A DNA stretch of 64,000 bases from the human T2T-CHM13v2.0 reference genome, Homo sapiens (GCF_009914755.1 NC_060938.1), one strand, 5' to 3'. Shown: positions 38,645 through 60,129, numbered from the stretch's first letter. Made by a program: numbers and translations. Notes: generated by a model from the sequence alone, not told the origin.

Positions 38645-39185
38645 CAGTCATCCCTCAGTCTACAGGAGGACTTGGTTCCAGAACTGCCTCACCCTCACAT
38701 TTATCCAAATCCATCCATGCTCATGTCCTGCAGTTGGCCCTGTGGGACCTGCAGGCCCTCCATATACTTGGGTTTTGTGTTCCATGAATACTATATTGTG
38801 TGTATGTGTGTGTGTGAGATGGAGTCTTGCTCTTGTTGCTGGAGTGCAGTGGTGCGATCTTGGTTCACTTGCAACCTCTGCCTCCCAGATTCAAGCGATT
38901 CTCCTGCCTCAGCATCCCAGCTAGCTGGGATTACAGGAGCCCACCACCAGGCCCAGCTAATATTTGTATTTTTAGTAGAGATGGGGTTTCACCATGTTGG
39001 CCAGGCTGGTCTTGAACTCCTGACCTCAGGTGATCCACCCGCCTCAGCGTCCCGAAGTGCCAAGATTACAGGTGTGAGACACTGTGCCTGGCTGAAAACT
39101 GTATTTCTGCTCCATATTTGGTTGAAAAAAATCCACGTGTAAGTGGACCTGCATGGTTCAAACCATGTTGTTCAAGGGTCAACTA
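38645..39185 (+). mobile_element. MER8-like TcMar-Tigger MITE interrupted by an Alu (38797-39092, minus)
   Basis: CAGTCATCCCTC...TTGGTTCCAG and TTGGTTGAAAAAAATCCACGTGTAAGTGGACC...TTCAAGGGTCAACT. Confidence 0.8.
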
Positions 39186-39327
39186 TATATATACATGCTT
39201 ATTTATTACAGAATATTCTTAAAGGAATACTTAAGAAACTTGTAACAGTAGTTGTGTTTGAAATTTTTATTATGCACATAGTATTTATTAAGATAAAAAA
39301 GCTACCTGGTTAAAAATGTACAGATTA

Positions 39328-39704
<377 letters not shown>

Positions 39705-39754
39705 CTAGAGCCGGCAGTATCAATAGACTCCTGGCTTTCAAATCTTTATGCATG

Positions 39755-39756
<2 letters not shown>

Positions 39757-39798
<42 letters not shown>
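39757..39798. repeat. (CA)n microsatellite
   Basis: About 20 CA units. Confidence 0.95.
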
Positions 39799-39800
<2 letters not shown>

Positions 39801-39839
39801 TGTGTGTGTATGCATGAGTTCGCATATATACATACATTT

Positions 39840-41290
<1,451 letters not shown>

Positions 41291-41846
41291 GTTAAAATTG
41301 AAAAAGCGAAACTGGGGGAGAAAATAAAGAGAAGTCAGATTTCTCTTCAGCAAGTCAAATTCTTTACTTACCACTCTTGGCATTCAACTCTATCTTAAAA
41401 AGAACCCTCCCTTCCCTTCCCCTCCGCACAAAATTTTATTTTCTTCTCTTTCCAGCTAAATATTTTTCTGGCAAACCTGCAAAAGCATTATGTTCTTTTT
41501 TTCTGGCAAAAAGGAACTCTTTTTAGACAGCCTTTTTTAGACAGCCTTATTCAGCATTTCAATGTATCAATCTGTCTTTTTCCCTTAGAACTTATTCTTA
41601 AGCTTTATTAAATCTTTGGTTCAAAAATAAAAGGTATTCATACTAGCAGTTAACATCTAAGCGCTTAATGTTTCAGGTATCATGTTAAAAGATTTAAAAG
41701 CATTATTACTATTAATCCTCACAATAATTCTATGTAGCAGACACTATTATCACTCCCACTTTACATATGAGGACACTCTTGTTCAGGAGTTTAGAATCTT
41801 GCTCAAGGTCACAAGCACAGTAACAAAATAATAATAGCAATACTAA

Positions 41847-42106
<260 letters not shown>

Positions 42107-42291
42107 ACAAAATAATTATTAAATAAGACAAGTGTCTGCTTCCAGAACCTATGCTCTTAATCAATATACTGCCCCACCCTGCCATCAAACTGAGCAATTA
42201 ACCACCTCACATGGAAATTCAGTATCAGATTCAAAGGATCATTAAAACTGGATAAGTTACTGTCTTTAACAGATTAAACAATATTTAATAA

Positions 42292-42602
<311 letters not shown>

Positions 42603-43227
42603 CTGGAATATAAATCCTTATGGTTGTATCTTCCAGGTCTGTGTAGAAAACGTCTAATTCTAGATAATCCTCTGATAGAGCTTGTAAGCATACAGAGAGA
42701 AGAGCAAGATGAGATTCTCTAATCCTCTAGTGTTAAAAATTCTAACAAATAAGAATCTCAGGCTTGTACTTCAAAATGCAGGACAGCAACGTATTATAAC
42801 GTGAAGTCAAAGAACCATACATTTATGTCTTACAAGGAATTTTGTGTATTTTATCTAAGTTGTTGAATATTTTGGCATGAAGTTGTTCTTAATACTCCCT
42901 TATTATCCTTTAATGTCCATAGGACGTGTAGTGATGTCCCCCTCTCTCATTCCTGTTACTGGTAATATGCACCTTATCTCTTCTTATCCTGACCATTCTG
43001 GCCACAGATTTATCAACTATATTCATTTTCTCAAAGAATCAGCTTTGGTTTCACTAATTTTCCTATTGTCTATTTTCTAATTCATTAATTTTTGCATTTA
43101 TCATCATTATATTCTTCCTTCTGCTTAGTTTGGGTTTAATTTGTTTTTCTTTTTCTAATTTTTTAAGCTACAAGCTTTACTTTTTTTTTTTAAGATGGAG
43201 TCTGGCTGCTTTACTTTTTTTCTAATA

Positions 43228-43431
43228 CAGGTTGAATATTCCTTATTCAAAATGCTTGGGACCAGATGTGTTTCAGAGTTCAGATTTTTATGGATTTTGG
43301 ATTATTTGCATTATATTTACTGGTTTAGCACCCCTAAGCATTTTCTTTGAGCTGTCATGATGACACTCAAAATATTTACGAGTTTGAAACATTTTAGATT
43401 TCAGATTTTGGGATTAGGAATGCTCAACCTG
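43228..43431. mobile_element. Tigger4a/MER46-like MITE
   Basis: TIRs CAGGTTGA...TCAACCTG with TA TSDs. Confidence 0.85.
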
Positions 43432-43872
43432 TATAAACGTTTAATGCTATACATTTCCATCTGAGCATTGCTTTAGCTTCATCCAACAAACTATAATAGG
43501 TTACATTTCCATTTAGTTCAAAATATGTTTATTTCCCCCTGTTTTTTCTTCTTTGGCCCATGGGTTATTTAGAAATATATTGTTTAATTTTCAAATATTC
43601 AAAGGTTTTCCAGATATCTTTGTGTTATCAATTTCTAATTTAAATTCCACTGTGATCACAGAACATACTTTGAATAATTTTAATACTTTCAAATTTACCA
43701 AAACTGGCTTAATGGCCTAGAATATGGTCTTTGGTAGTAAATGTTTTGCTGTTGTTGAGTGAAGTGTTTCATGACTCTCAATTAGGTCAACTGGTTGACA
43801 GTGTTTTCCAAACATTCTATATCATTACTGATTTTCTGTTTCATTCTTCTGTTAATTAAGAGAGAGGGGTTA

Positions 43873-44205
<333 letters not shown>

Positions 44206-44270
44206 CTATTTGTCTACTTCTTTTAGTTTCATCAATTTCTGCTTCACGTACTTTGACGCTCTGTTAATAA

Positions 44271-44399
44271 CCCATTTATGCCAGAGGTTACAATTTTTTG
44301 AATTGCAAAATCAGACCCTGGCGATGACCTTGAGCAGTAGGATATAAATAACTCCCACATGCTTAGCGTTCCAATAATGGAACATTAGGCATAAATGGG
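44271..44399 (-). mobile_element. MER85 (PGBD3-derived non-autonomous piggyBac MITE)
   Basis: TIRs CCCATTTATGCC / GGCATAAATGGG, internal palindrome GTTCCAATAATGGAAC (44368-44383), 4-bp ATAA duplication on both sides. Confidence 0.93.
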
Positions 44400-45102
44400 A
44401 TAAGCACCTACACATTTAAAATTATAACCTCTTGATGAATTAATTCCTTAATCATTACACAATGTTCTTTATCACCAGAAATATTTCTTGCTCTGAAATC
44501 TTTGTTTATATTAATACAGGCACTTCACATTTCTTCTGATTATTATTTGCATGCTGTATTTTTTTTCTATCCTTTTCCTTTTAACCTCTGTGTCTTCATA
44601 TTTAAAATAGGTTGCTATTTTACATTAGGAAACCTACTTAATTTTATCCGACAATCTTTGTCTTCTCATTGGAATGTACAAACCATTTATATTTAATGTT
44701 TATCAACACAGGTGGGTTTAAATCTCCTATCTTGCTGTTTGTTTTCTATTTGTCCCATCTGTACCTTACAGACCCATACACTGCATAACTAAAAAGGACT
44801 TTAGAGTTAATCTAGCTCAACCACCTCATTTTACAAAAGAAACTTGGAGGATCAGAAAGATTATTTGACATGCTCACAGTCACACAGCTAAGTGTGACCA
44901 TATAAACAACCAAAAAACAAAAACTCAATTCTCCTGCTTGAGTTAATCCACCACGTTTTCAATATACCATTCCTAAGTGTCATGTTAAACATGAGAATAA
45001 ATAACCTCAAGGGGCCTTTCAGGATGAGAGTACCAATCTGCTGAAATATAATTTACATTTACATACAGATTGTGCCCTCTCACACACACTACCCACTTGG
45101 GG

Positions 45103-45217
45103 ATATATATATTATATATATAATATGTAATATGTAATATATATAATATGTAACATACATATATGTTATATATATATATAATATACAATATTATATATAT
45201 GTATATAAATATATAAA
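45103..45217. repeat. Imperfect (TA)n AT-rich tract
   Basis: Directly visible. Confidence 0.9.
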
Positions 45218-45219
45218 CA

Positions 45220-45635
<416 letters not shown>

Positions 45636-45662
45636 CTAAAGTTTATAACAGCTTTTAGCTCA

Positions 45663-45869
<207 letters not shown>

Positions 45870-46069
45870 TTAATAAAGTCAGTATCACAAAATCCTGAAT
45901 TTAAGAATTACTCATCACTTTATTAAAAGAAATCATAGTATATGTGTTGTGTCCTTTTCAGACTAAGATCTATGAAGGAGTCAATATTATGAAGAGTAAT
46001 ATTCTTCATAATATTGTGAAGAGTAATATGTGCTCATAAAGAACACAATAGTTGAATAAAATCTGATTC

Positions 46070-46560
46070 AGCACCTGCAGTGGAATTTCCCCAAAGGGGG
46101 CTGCGAAAAATTTCTCCCATTCCTGTTTGTGCATACTAGTTCCAGGTCTAGGCCTTAGGAGGCCTAGCAAAATCTGCTTTTACACTTTTGAAGTCAGCTG
46201 CTATGTAAAACAATCTAACTGGCCTGTTGCAAAAACAGAACATGGGCGGGGGGATGGGAACTGAGGGATAAGAGACTATGGAAGGAGGAGAGAAAGACGT
46301 AAGGAGAGGGGGAGACAGAGAGAAAGAGAAACAGAGATGCCCAGCCAGCCCTTAGCCCTTCCTGCCACCCAGCTGAAGTGTCAAATGTGAGTTAAGACAT
46401 CTTGGATACCCTGTACACAGTCATAATTGCCTATCCAATACCACATGGAGCTAAGATAACATCAGGCCCTCCCTAAATTGCAGAATCATGAGCAAATAAA
46501 TCTGTTGCTGTTTTAAACCACTAAGTTTTGAGATGGTTTGTTATACAGCAAAAGATAGGT
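46070..46560 (+). mobile_element. MLT1-family LTR remnant
   Basis: AATTGCAGAATCATGAGCAAATAAA...TTTAAACCACTAAGTTTTG..TGGTTTGTTATACAGCAA.AGATA 3' end. Confidence 0.75.
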
Positions 46561-46574
46561 AAAAACGTTTCTTC

Positions 46575-47446
<872 letters not shown>

Positions 47447-47865
47447 TAAAATATCAAATGCCATAAAGGCATAATGTATCCTTACTATATGTCGCCACTG
47501 CACAATGCTCCTTTAACCACAGGATTAGATCACAAGGCTTGTCATTTCTGGAGTGCCAGTTAGAAACTCTGTTTTAAAGGCAGGGGGAAATAAAAATGTT
47601 CTACTCCCATCTTCCTCTTGAAAATCATCACAAAACAACTGGATAACCAAGAAATAAAAGCTAAAAGCTCAATTTTTTATTAATTAGTGGACATCTGTAA
47701 TTCTGAACACAATTAATGAAAATGGAAAATATACAGAAGGATGATGCTACGGGTTCCATTGTGTCCCACCAAAAAAGATATTTTGACGTCCTCATTCCCA
47801 GAAGAATGTGACCTTCTTTGGAAACTGGAACTTTCCAGAGGTAATCAAATTAAAATGAGGTCATT

Positions 47866-48484
47866 CATTGGTTTCAACTTAAAATTAGCACCTAAAAGTA
47901 GGGTCAACCTGTCTTTTGAAGCTTTGAAACCAGGCATTGACTTGTCTCTAGCTGTGAAAGTTTTAGATGGTGTCTTCTTTCAATTTAAAGCTGTTTCATC
48001 TACATTGAAAATCTGTGATTTATTGTAGCCACCTTCATCAATTATTTTAGCTAGATCTTCTGGATAACTTGCTGAAGTTATCAGCATTCACTGCTTCACC
48101 TTGCACTTTTATGTTGTGGGGATGGCTTCTTTCCTTAAGCTTCATGAATGAACTTCTGCTAGGCTTAAGCTTTTCTTCTGCAGCTTCCTTACCTCTTTCA
48201 GCCTTGATAGAATTGAAGCGATTAGGATCTTCTTCTGGATTAGATTTGGGTTTAAGGGAATGTTGTGGCTGCTTTGATCTTTTATCCAGACCACTAAAAC
48301 TTTCTCTCTACCAGCAATAAAAGGCTGTTTCACTTTCTTATAATTTGTGGGTTCACTGGAGTAGCACTTTTAATTTTCTTCGAGAACTTTTTTTGCATTC
48401 ACAACTTGGCTAATTGCTTGGTGTAAGAGGCCTCGCTTTTGGCCTATGTCAGCTTTTAACATGCCTTCCTCACTAAATTTAATC
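47866..48484 (-). mobile_element. Tigger1 transposase internal fragment (no TIRs)
   Basis: ORFs 48370..48648 and 48142..48333 give SEEGMLKADIGQKRGLLHQAISQVVNAK and [18 protein letters not shown], resembling the Tigger1/TIGD1 CENP-B-like HTH region. Frameshifted. Confidence 0.9.
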
Positions 48485-48872
48485 TCATGGAGGTAGCGAG
48501 TAAAACAATACTGGAAGGATGTGTGTTGAGATGAGGTAGGGGGAGCGGGGGAGATGAAGAAAAGCTGGTAAATGGGTACAAATATAGAGTTAGAAGAAAT
48601 AAGTTCTAATGTTTGATAGCAGAGTAGGGTGACTATAGTTAAAAACAATGTATTGTATATTTCAAATAGCTAGACGAGAGGACTTGATGATCCCAACATA
48701 TAGAAATAATAAATGCTTGGGGTGACGAGTACCCTAAATACCTTGACTTGATTCTATACACATTCTATACATGTAACAACACATCACGTGTACCCCACAC
48801 AAATGTACAAATGTTATGTATCAATAAAAAAATTTTACGAAGATTTTAAAAATAAATAAATAAATAAATAAA
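48480..48872 (+). mobile_element. L1MA-type 3' end with (AATA)n tail
   Basis: Similar to the L1 3' UTR at 1-497 (ATCTCATGGAGGTAG...TACCCC...GTATCAATAAAAA). Confidence 0.85.
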
Positions 48873-48900
48873 TAAAATGAGGCCATTAGGGGGATGCTAA

Positions 48901-49272
<372 letters not shown>

Positions 49273-49709
49273 AGAAGACGACAATGTTTGACACACAGGA
49301 AGACAGCCGTGTGGTGGAGTGATGCGCTATAAGCCAGGGAACGTCATGGATTGCTGTCGACACCAGAAGCTAGGAAGGTTTCTCCAGAGCGTCAGACAGC
49401 ATGGCCCTGCTGACACCTAGACCCCAAACTTATAACCCACAGAATTATGAGACTAGACATTTTTGTTGTTTTAAGTCACTCTGTTCTGATATTTTGTTAC
49501 AGCAGCCACAGGAAACTAATACAACTGGAAAATGACAGAGTTAGAAGAAGGTCATATCTATGCCCTTATAGAGTGGAATCCTTTGAAAACCAAGTAAATT
49601 CACTGTATGGAACCCTAGAGAAGCTTAAAAACCAGAGGGAACAGGTAGCAAAGTAATCAAGGGTTAAAGTTGGGCTACAAACAAGATGACTGGAAGATGA
49701 TATAAAAAT

Positions 49710-50553
49710 GAATAGGAACCCTCATACATCGATGGAGAGATTGTAAAACAGTACAGTCTCTTTGGAAAACAGTTTAGCAATTCCTCAAAAAGTCAAACAC
49801 AGAGTTACCATATGACCTAGCAATTCCACTAGTAAGTATAAACCCAAGAGAAACAAAAATATATCATACAAAAACTTGTACACCCACGTTCACAGCAGCA
49901 CTGCTGACAATAGCCAAAAAGTAGAAACAACCCAAATGACCATCAAGTGATAAGTGGATAAACAAGACGTGGCACCCTCACACAAAGGATTATTATTCAG
50001 TCATAGAAAAGAATGGAGTGCTGTTACAGGCTACAACATGGATGAATTTGAAAATATTGTGCTAGTGAAGGAAGCCAGACAGAAAAGACCAAATGTTATA
50101 CAATTCCTTTTATATTTAATGTCCAAAATAGGCAAATCTATAAAGACAAAAAGTAGACTACTGGTTGCCAAGGACTTGTAGGGGGAAGGGAAACAGTATC
50201 CAATGAATGCTACTGAGTATAGCATTTCTTTTAGGAGGAATGAAAATATTTAAAATTAGATGGTGGGGCCAGGCATGGTGACTCACACCTATAATCCCAG
50301 TGTTCTGGAAGGCTGAGTTAGGAGAATCACTTGAGGCCAGGATTTCAAGAACACCCTGGGCAACATAGCCTCTTGAAAGAGATCCCCATCTCTACAAAAA
50401 TCACATTAAAAAATCAGCTGGGCATGGTGGCGTGCACCTATAGTCCTAACTACTTAGGAGGCTGAGGTGGGAGGATGGCTGGAGTACCGAAGTTTGAGGC
50501 TGAAGTGAGCTGACTGCACCACCGCACTCCAGCCTGGGCAACAGAGACCCTGC
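49710..50553 (+). mobile_element. L1MB-type 3' region followed by an AluJ-like element (50267-50553)
   Basis: GAGTTACCATATGACCTAGCAATTCCACT...AAACAACCCAAATG. Confidence 0.85.
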
Positions 50554-50684
50554 ATCCATCTATGCATCAATCTATCTATATATCCATGTATCTAGCTATC
50601 TAAATAAATAGATATAAAAATCTGCACAATTTTATTTTTTTCCCTGTCTTCATGTTGTTTTAAATTTCGTGAGCTGACAGAGTT

Positions 50685-51490
50685 GCTATGGAAGATTAAA
50701 TATGGATGCAAATTCTTTGTTATTCTTCCCATTTGGAGGTGGAGGAGGGCAATCCCCACAACCCTTGAATCTGGGCTGACCTTAGCGACGCTTTGGCCAA
50801 TAGAAGAGGCATAAATGATACTTTGGGACCTGTACAGCTAGGGCATAAAAAGCCTTCCAACTTTCAACTGGGTATCCTTGTTTTTGTTTTTTGACACAGT
50901 GTCTCACTCTGTCATGGGCTAGGGTGCAGTAGCACGATCATAGCTCACTGCAGCCTCAAACTCCTTGGCTCGAGGGATGCTCTGGCCTCAGCCTCCTGAA
51001 TGGCTAGGATCACAAGCATGCGCCACCACGTTCGGCTACTTTATCTTTATTTTTTTAGAGAACAGGTCTCACCATGTTGCTCAGACTGGTCTCGAACTCC
51101 TGGCCTCAGCTGATCTTCCTATCTTGGCCTCACAAAGTGCTGGGATTATAGGCATGAGCCTCCGTGCCTGGCTTCAGTCAGGTATCTTTGCATGCTTGCT
51201 CTAGAGGCCTGCAGCCATGCATGATGAACAACTCTCCAAGACCACCATGGTATGAAGAAACCCAAGCTAGAAACATGGAGAGGCCACACAGAGCTCCAGC
51301 CACCGCAGCCTAGGTGAAACATGCGAATGAAGAAGGCTTCATGTCTCCAGCCATACAGCCACCACTGAGTGCAACCGTGAGAGGAACCTTGGGTAAGAAG
51401 CACCCAACTGTGCTTGCCAATCCCTAGAACCCTGAGAAATAACTAACAATGAACTGTTCTTTTAATCTACTGTGCTTACAGTAATAAGTA
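50685..51490. mobile_element. MLT1-family LTR interrupted by an AluJ-like element (50881-51173, minus)
   Basis: CAAATTCTTTG...CCCTTGAATCTGGGCTGACCTTAG pattern. Confidence 0.7.
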
Positions 51491-52102
51491 TTTGGAAAGT
51501 TTTCATAACTTCCAGGGTTGTCAGTTCTCTGAATCAAATTGGAACAATCTGAAATCTTCCGCTGAATTAAAATAAATTGAATCTCTTTATATAAAGTTAT
51601 TACTCTTTTATATTTTACAAACTTAAAACAATAATAAAAAGAGTTTATATTTATTGTCTACTATGTTCCAAGTACTCTACATGGATTAGCTTACGTAATT
51701 CTTAAAAGAGCTCTATAAGGCAGGAATTATTATTAGCCCCCATGTACCAGTATGAAAGCAGATTAACTCTCATATGCCCAACATCCTAATAAGTGGCACT
51801 CTTAACCACTAACATTTGCAAAAGCCAATGAAATCAACATTAAAGTTATAAATGAAACAAACACTGGCAGGATTTTTCGAGGGACATTCTATATGTATAA
51901 CACATTGGGAAAGATAAACACATCTCAAAATGTGTTGAAAGCATTGAAATCATCCATCACACTTCAGAAAAACAAAGCATTCTTCACCTTATCTAAATGA
52001 CATGACAAAGTGTAGATATTTAATACTCTAGGTCAATATTACTATTATTTGCCCCTGACTAAAACAATGTCAAAAACAGCAGCTGGCCAAATACAGCTTT
52101 CA

Positions 52103-52375
<273 letters not shown>

Positions 52376-52958
52376 TCAAACACACTACCAATTATGGAAA
52401 TAGAAGTTAAAATAATCAATTTTCATTTATTAATAGTGATAAAGATTTTAAAACTAATGATATCCAGTGTTGGCCAGGACAATCACCTTATCTTACAGGA
52501 CACTGTACATAAGAATATCAGGTTTGTTTTTTGGAGGGCAGTTTGGCAGTACTTATCCATTAAAAGATATACATACTCAGTAACTCCCGCACATGAGAAT
52601 ATATACACATGAGGATCCTTTGAGAGCCACTGCACAATTTGCCACATCTGTTCTTCAGATACAGAGACCAGTGACATTTCATACAATGGAAGCTGAGGCA
52701 GCCTGGGCCCCTAACTAAGGACAAAATGGTTCAAGGGCCCCACCAACCTAGGATGAACATGAAGTATCGATAAGGATAAACTGTTACTGTTTTAATTCCC
52801 TGAGATTTTGAGATTATTAACACAGCCCAACATGTCACACCATGGCACATGTATACTGTAAAATACAATGTAGTCACTACAAATAATAAACTTGCTGTGA
52901 ATATACACATGAGAAGGGGTGTCACTAATATTTGACCAAGCTAAGAAGGCAAGCTGTA

Positions 52959-53523
<565 letters not shown>

Positions 53524-53744
53524 TTAAAAATACAAAAAGTTTTCCAAACTATTCAATCCATGTAAGTAAAAACACTCTACATATCATCCTTAAATCATTT
53601 GAGAAATCAAAATATCCAGAAATAAATTTGGATACTTGATTCTGATAAGTGGCATAATGGAAAGGATAGCTTTTCTTTTTTTTTTTTTTTAAAGTCAAGA
53701 CCAAAAATAAAACAGACTAAACTTTTGTATACTGTTTCTTATCA

Positions 53745-54192
<448 letters not shown>

Positions 54193-54294
54193 CTACTCCT
54201 ATTTTGAGAGAATACTCAATTTATAATAACATATTTTCTCAAATGAAGAAACCCTTTTGTAATTGTTGTCAAATAATTTCCCAACCAAGACTCA

Positions 54295-54708
<414 letters not shown>

Positions 54709-54804
54709 ACTGAGTTACTTTAAAAACAAACTTTACAACTTCCATTTTCATACTGTAAGAGCACCTGAGAATGAGAGGCCACTTATATTTAATTAACTGC
54801 TAAA

Positions 54805-56200
<1,396 letters not shown>

Positions 56201-56748
56201 AAATTTTTAAAAAGAAAGAAAAGAAAATACATTCCCAAAATGAATTCCTATGCTCAGGAACTTAACCCTTCCTCTGAGAGATTAAGTTGTACTAAAACTT
56301 AAGTCTGTAAAAAATCAAGTCACAGCGGAGCAGAAATGCTATGCCTGGTGTGGTATGACCACTACTCAGAACACATGTGACCAGACCATATGAGATCTAC
56401 TTAAACTCTTGAATGTAAAGGGTAAACCAAACAACAAGAAAACGAAACTACAGTTTTTACTGTATCAGCCAACTACTGAGTTTATAACCATTAGATCTGG
56501 GCTTGGTGCCAATATAAATTAAGCTGTTAACTAAATCAGTCAAAAACATTGAAAAAGCTTAAGCCTTATTCTGTAAAAGATTTTCATTGCTAAAGAAGGC
56601 TGCATACAACTCTAAAATTAACAACTTTCTATGACACCGGACTCTCAAGTGCCTATTGAATGAGCCTCCCAGTAGATAAATCTTATAAATAAGGCTGAGC
56701 AAAGTCAGAAGCTACTCTAAGAATTTGCAGTACCTGATACCATCTCTC

Positions 56749-57694
<946 letters not shown>

Positions 57695-58262
57695 CAATCT
57701 CATTTCTTTATAACCTTTCTAAACACTGCACATTAATGTTCAAAGTATTAACTCCAATATTAAGAGAAATATTTCCTTACAGACAAATTTTTATTAGCAA
57801 CAAAAGCAATATTTTTTGTTTTACTATATAAAACAGAAAAACCTTAGAGTCTGCTCCAAATACCAGAGGGATTATCAAACCCCAAGATAGAAAAAAGACT
57901 GCAGGCCAGAATGAAGTAGAGCTTCACCCCTCAGCCTTGGGCTAAACAAAGAAAACCAGAGGCACAGCTGTCTGGGATTAGGAAGGAAGCAATGGGTTCC
58001 AATTTCCTGAACAAAGAATTGTGCCTGCCATGGTCAGGCATTTCCATCTCTCCTTAACAAGTGATTAAGTCACAGTAGCACAGGGTAAAGGAGGAGAAGC
58101 TGTCACAACCAGGGATGTTAGGGACCAAAAGCGGGTGGCATAGAATGGTAGGAGAGAGGGACTTACGGCCGAAATCTCAGCTCCCCTTTACTCCTTAGCT
58201 AAGCTCCAGGGTAGTAGCTCTGATCTCAGTCAGTAGGTTCAGCAGAAAGATTTGATAGGCAT

Positions 58263-58543
58263 GGCTGGGCGCAGTGGCTCACGCCGTAATCCCAGCACTT
58301 TGGGCTCAAGGCGGGTGGATTGCTTGAGCCCAGGAGTTTGAGACCAGCCTGGGCAATGTAGTGAAACTCTGTCACTACAAAAAATACAAAAATTAGCCAG
58401 GTGTGGTGGCATGTGCCTGCAGTCCCAGCAACGTGGGAGGCTGAGGTGGACAGATCACTTGAGCTCAGAAGGTTGGGGCTGTAGTGAGCCAAGATCGGAC
58501 CACTGCACTTTAGCCTGGGCAATAGAGTGAAAAGCTGTCTCAA

Positions 58544-58578
<35 letters not shown>

Positions 58579-58580
58579 AA
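58263..58580 (+). mobile_element. AluJ-like with (AATA)n tail
   Basis: Alu sequence. Confidence 0.88.
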
Positions 58581-60129
58581 ATAATAATTTTAAAAAAGAT
58601 GAGAAGGGCAGCAAACCAAACTCCCTGCAGCTTAGCCATGAAAAAAAGGAGGGGAGGGGTCACTACTTGCAGTTCCAGTTCTAGGCAATGGGAGTGTATT
58701 TCCAAAAATATCAGGTTAACTTTAAACACTCTAAGACCACAGTTAAACTAGGGGGGTAATCTTTTCATTCATTCATTCAAATATATCTTAGTGAGTACTC
58801 GATACATACTGGGTTGTATGCCAGACTTTCAGGATACGTTAAAGAACAAGACAGTTCTCTCCGCAAAGAGTGATAGCCCCACTATTCCGACCCTCATTCC
58901 CCCATCTCCACCACTCTCTTCCTCCTCCTCAGTTTGGTCACTGTGAAGTGACTTTAGTTAAGGCTTATGTAATACTCATCATCATTGACCTAATACTCAG
59001 TTATTGAACATTTACTGAGCAGTACCTTCCAGGCACTAAACTGGGCACTGGGAATAAAAATGAGTAAGAACAACCTCTACACTCCCTAAGAACTCTTAGT
59101 GTAGTGGAGAAACACACAAATAAATACAATATAATAAGTACTATAAAAGAGTGTTTGTCCAGAGAAGGAGCGAATACCTAACTGATAAGGGAGTGACAAT
59201 GGTAAAGTCAAGTCCAAGCAGCCTTAAGGATATACTCATAAACATTCTTCCTGAAGATCCTCACAAATCCCATATCCTAGCACATGTAAGGAGAGGGAAA
59301 ACAATACCTACTCGCGACTAAATGCTGGATCACTGGGCTTGAAATACTCCTCACTTAAGAGCCTTCTCAACTCAAGAGAACAACTCAAACTCTTGGATTT
59401 GCTGCTTAGAGATCAATGAAGACCTTATCAAAAGTAGTCTAGGGACATCTCAATAAGAAGCCAATAAATATCCTTTACTGGTTAAGCCTATTTAAGGTAA
59501 GCCTTCTAGAAAATATCCCATATTGTTTAATATAATATACATAAGTACCACCTATTGTAGCACCTATACAGGCATTAAGAACACAGGGGGCAAAGCTGGA
59601 TGCTATCACTTTTTGAAGTCCACTTTCTAACAACTGTCCCTTTGTTAAGCATCATTCTGGTCCAACACAGATAGTCAAATATGTTTACATGATGATGATA
59701 AAGATGATGAATAATCACAACAGCAGCAAGAGTGCCCATCTACTGAGTATTTATGACATACCAGGCACTTGCCAAGTGCTTTACATGCACACATATTTAT
59801 ATACTTATATATGTAAGTATGTAAATATACATACTCTGCACACTCTTAAGGAAGATATTTCTTACACTTTCAGAAAGGCTAAATGGCTTTCCCACTTAGG
59901 AAAGCAGCCAGAGGCAGAGCCAGGAACTGATGATCCAGGCCTTCTAACTTTACTCTGTGCTCCCAACCCCAATGCCACACTGCCTCTTATTTGGTGATGC
60001 TACTAAATCAATCTGAAATACTTTGATAGCGTTCAAAGCACTTCAAGACCACTGTGCTATTGTCCTTCCCATTCTTTTCCTATGTTCTGCATATGACCAA
60101 CACACACATAACAAACCCCCTACAAGACA

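Noticed and set aside
41520-41550. Tandem TTTTTAGACAGCCTT duplication
   Set aside because: Explained by simple slippage between T runs; no non-templated filler.
48142-48648. Functional TIGD1-like transposase gene
   Set aside because: Frameshifted fragment with no complete DDE domain and no TIRs.
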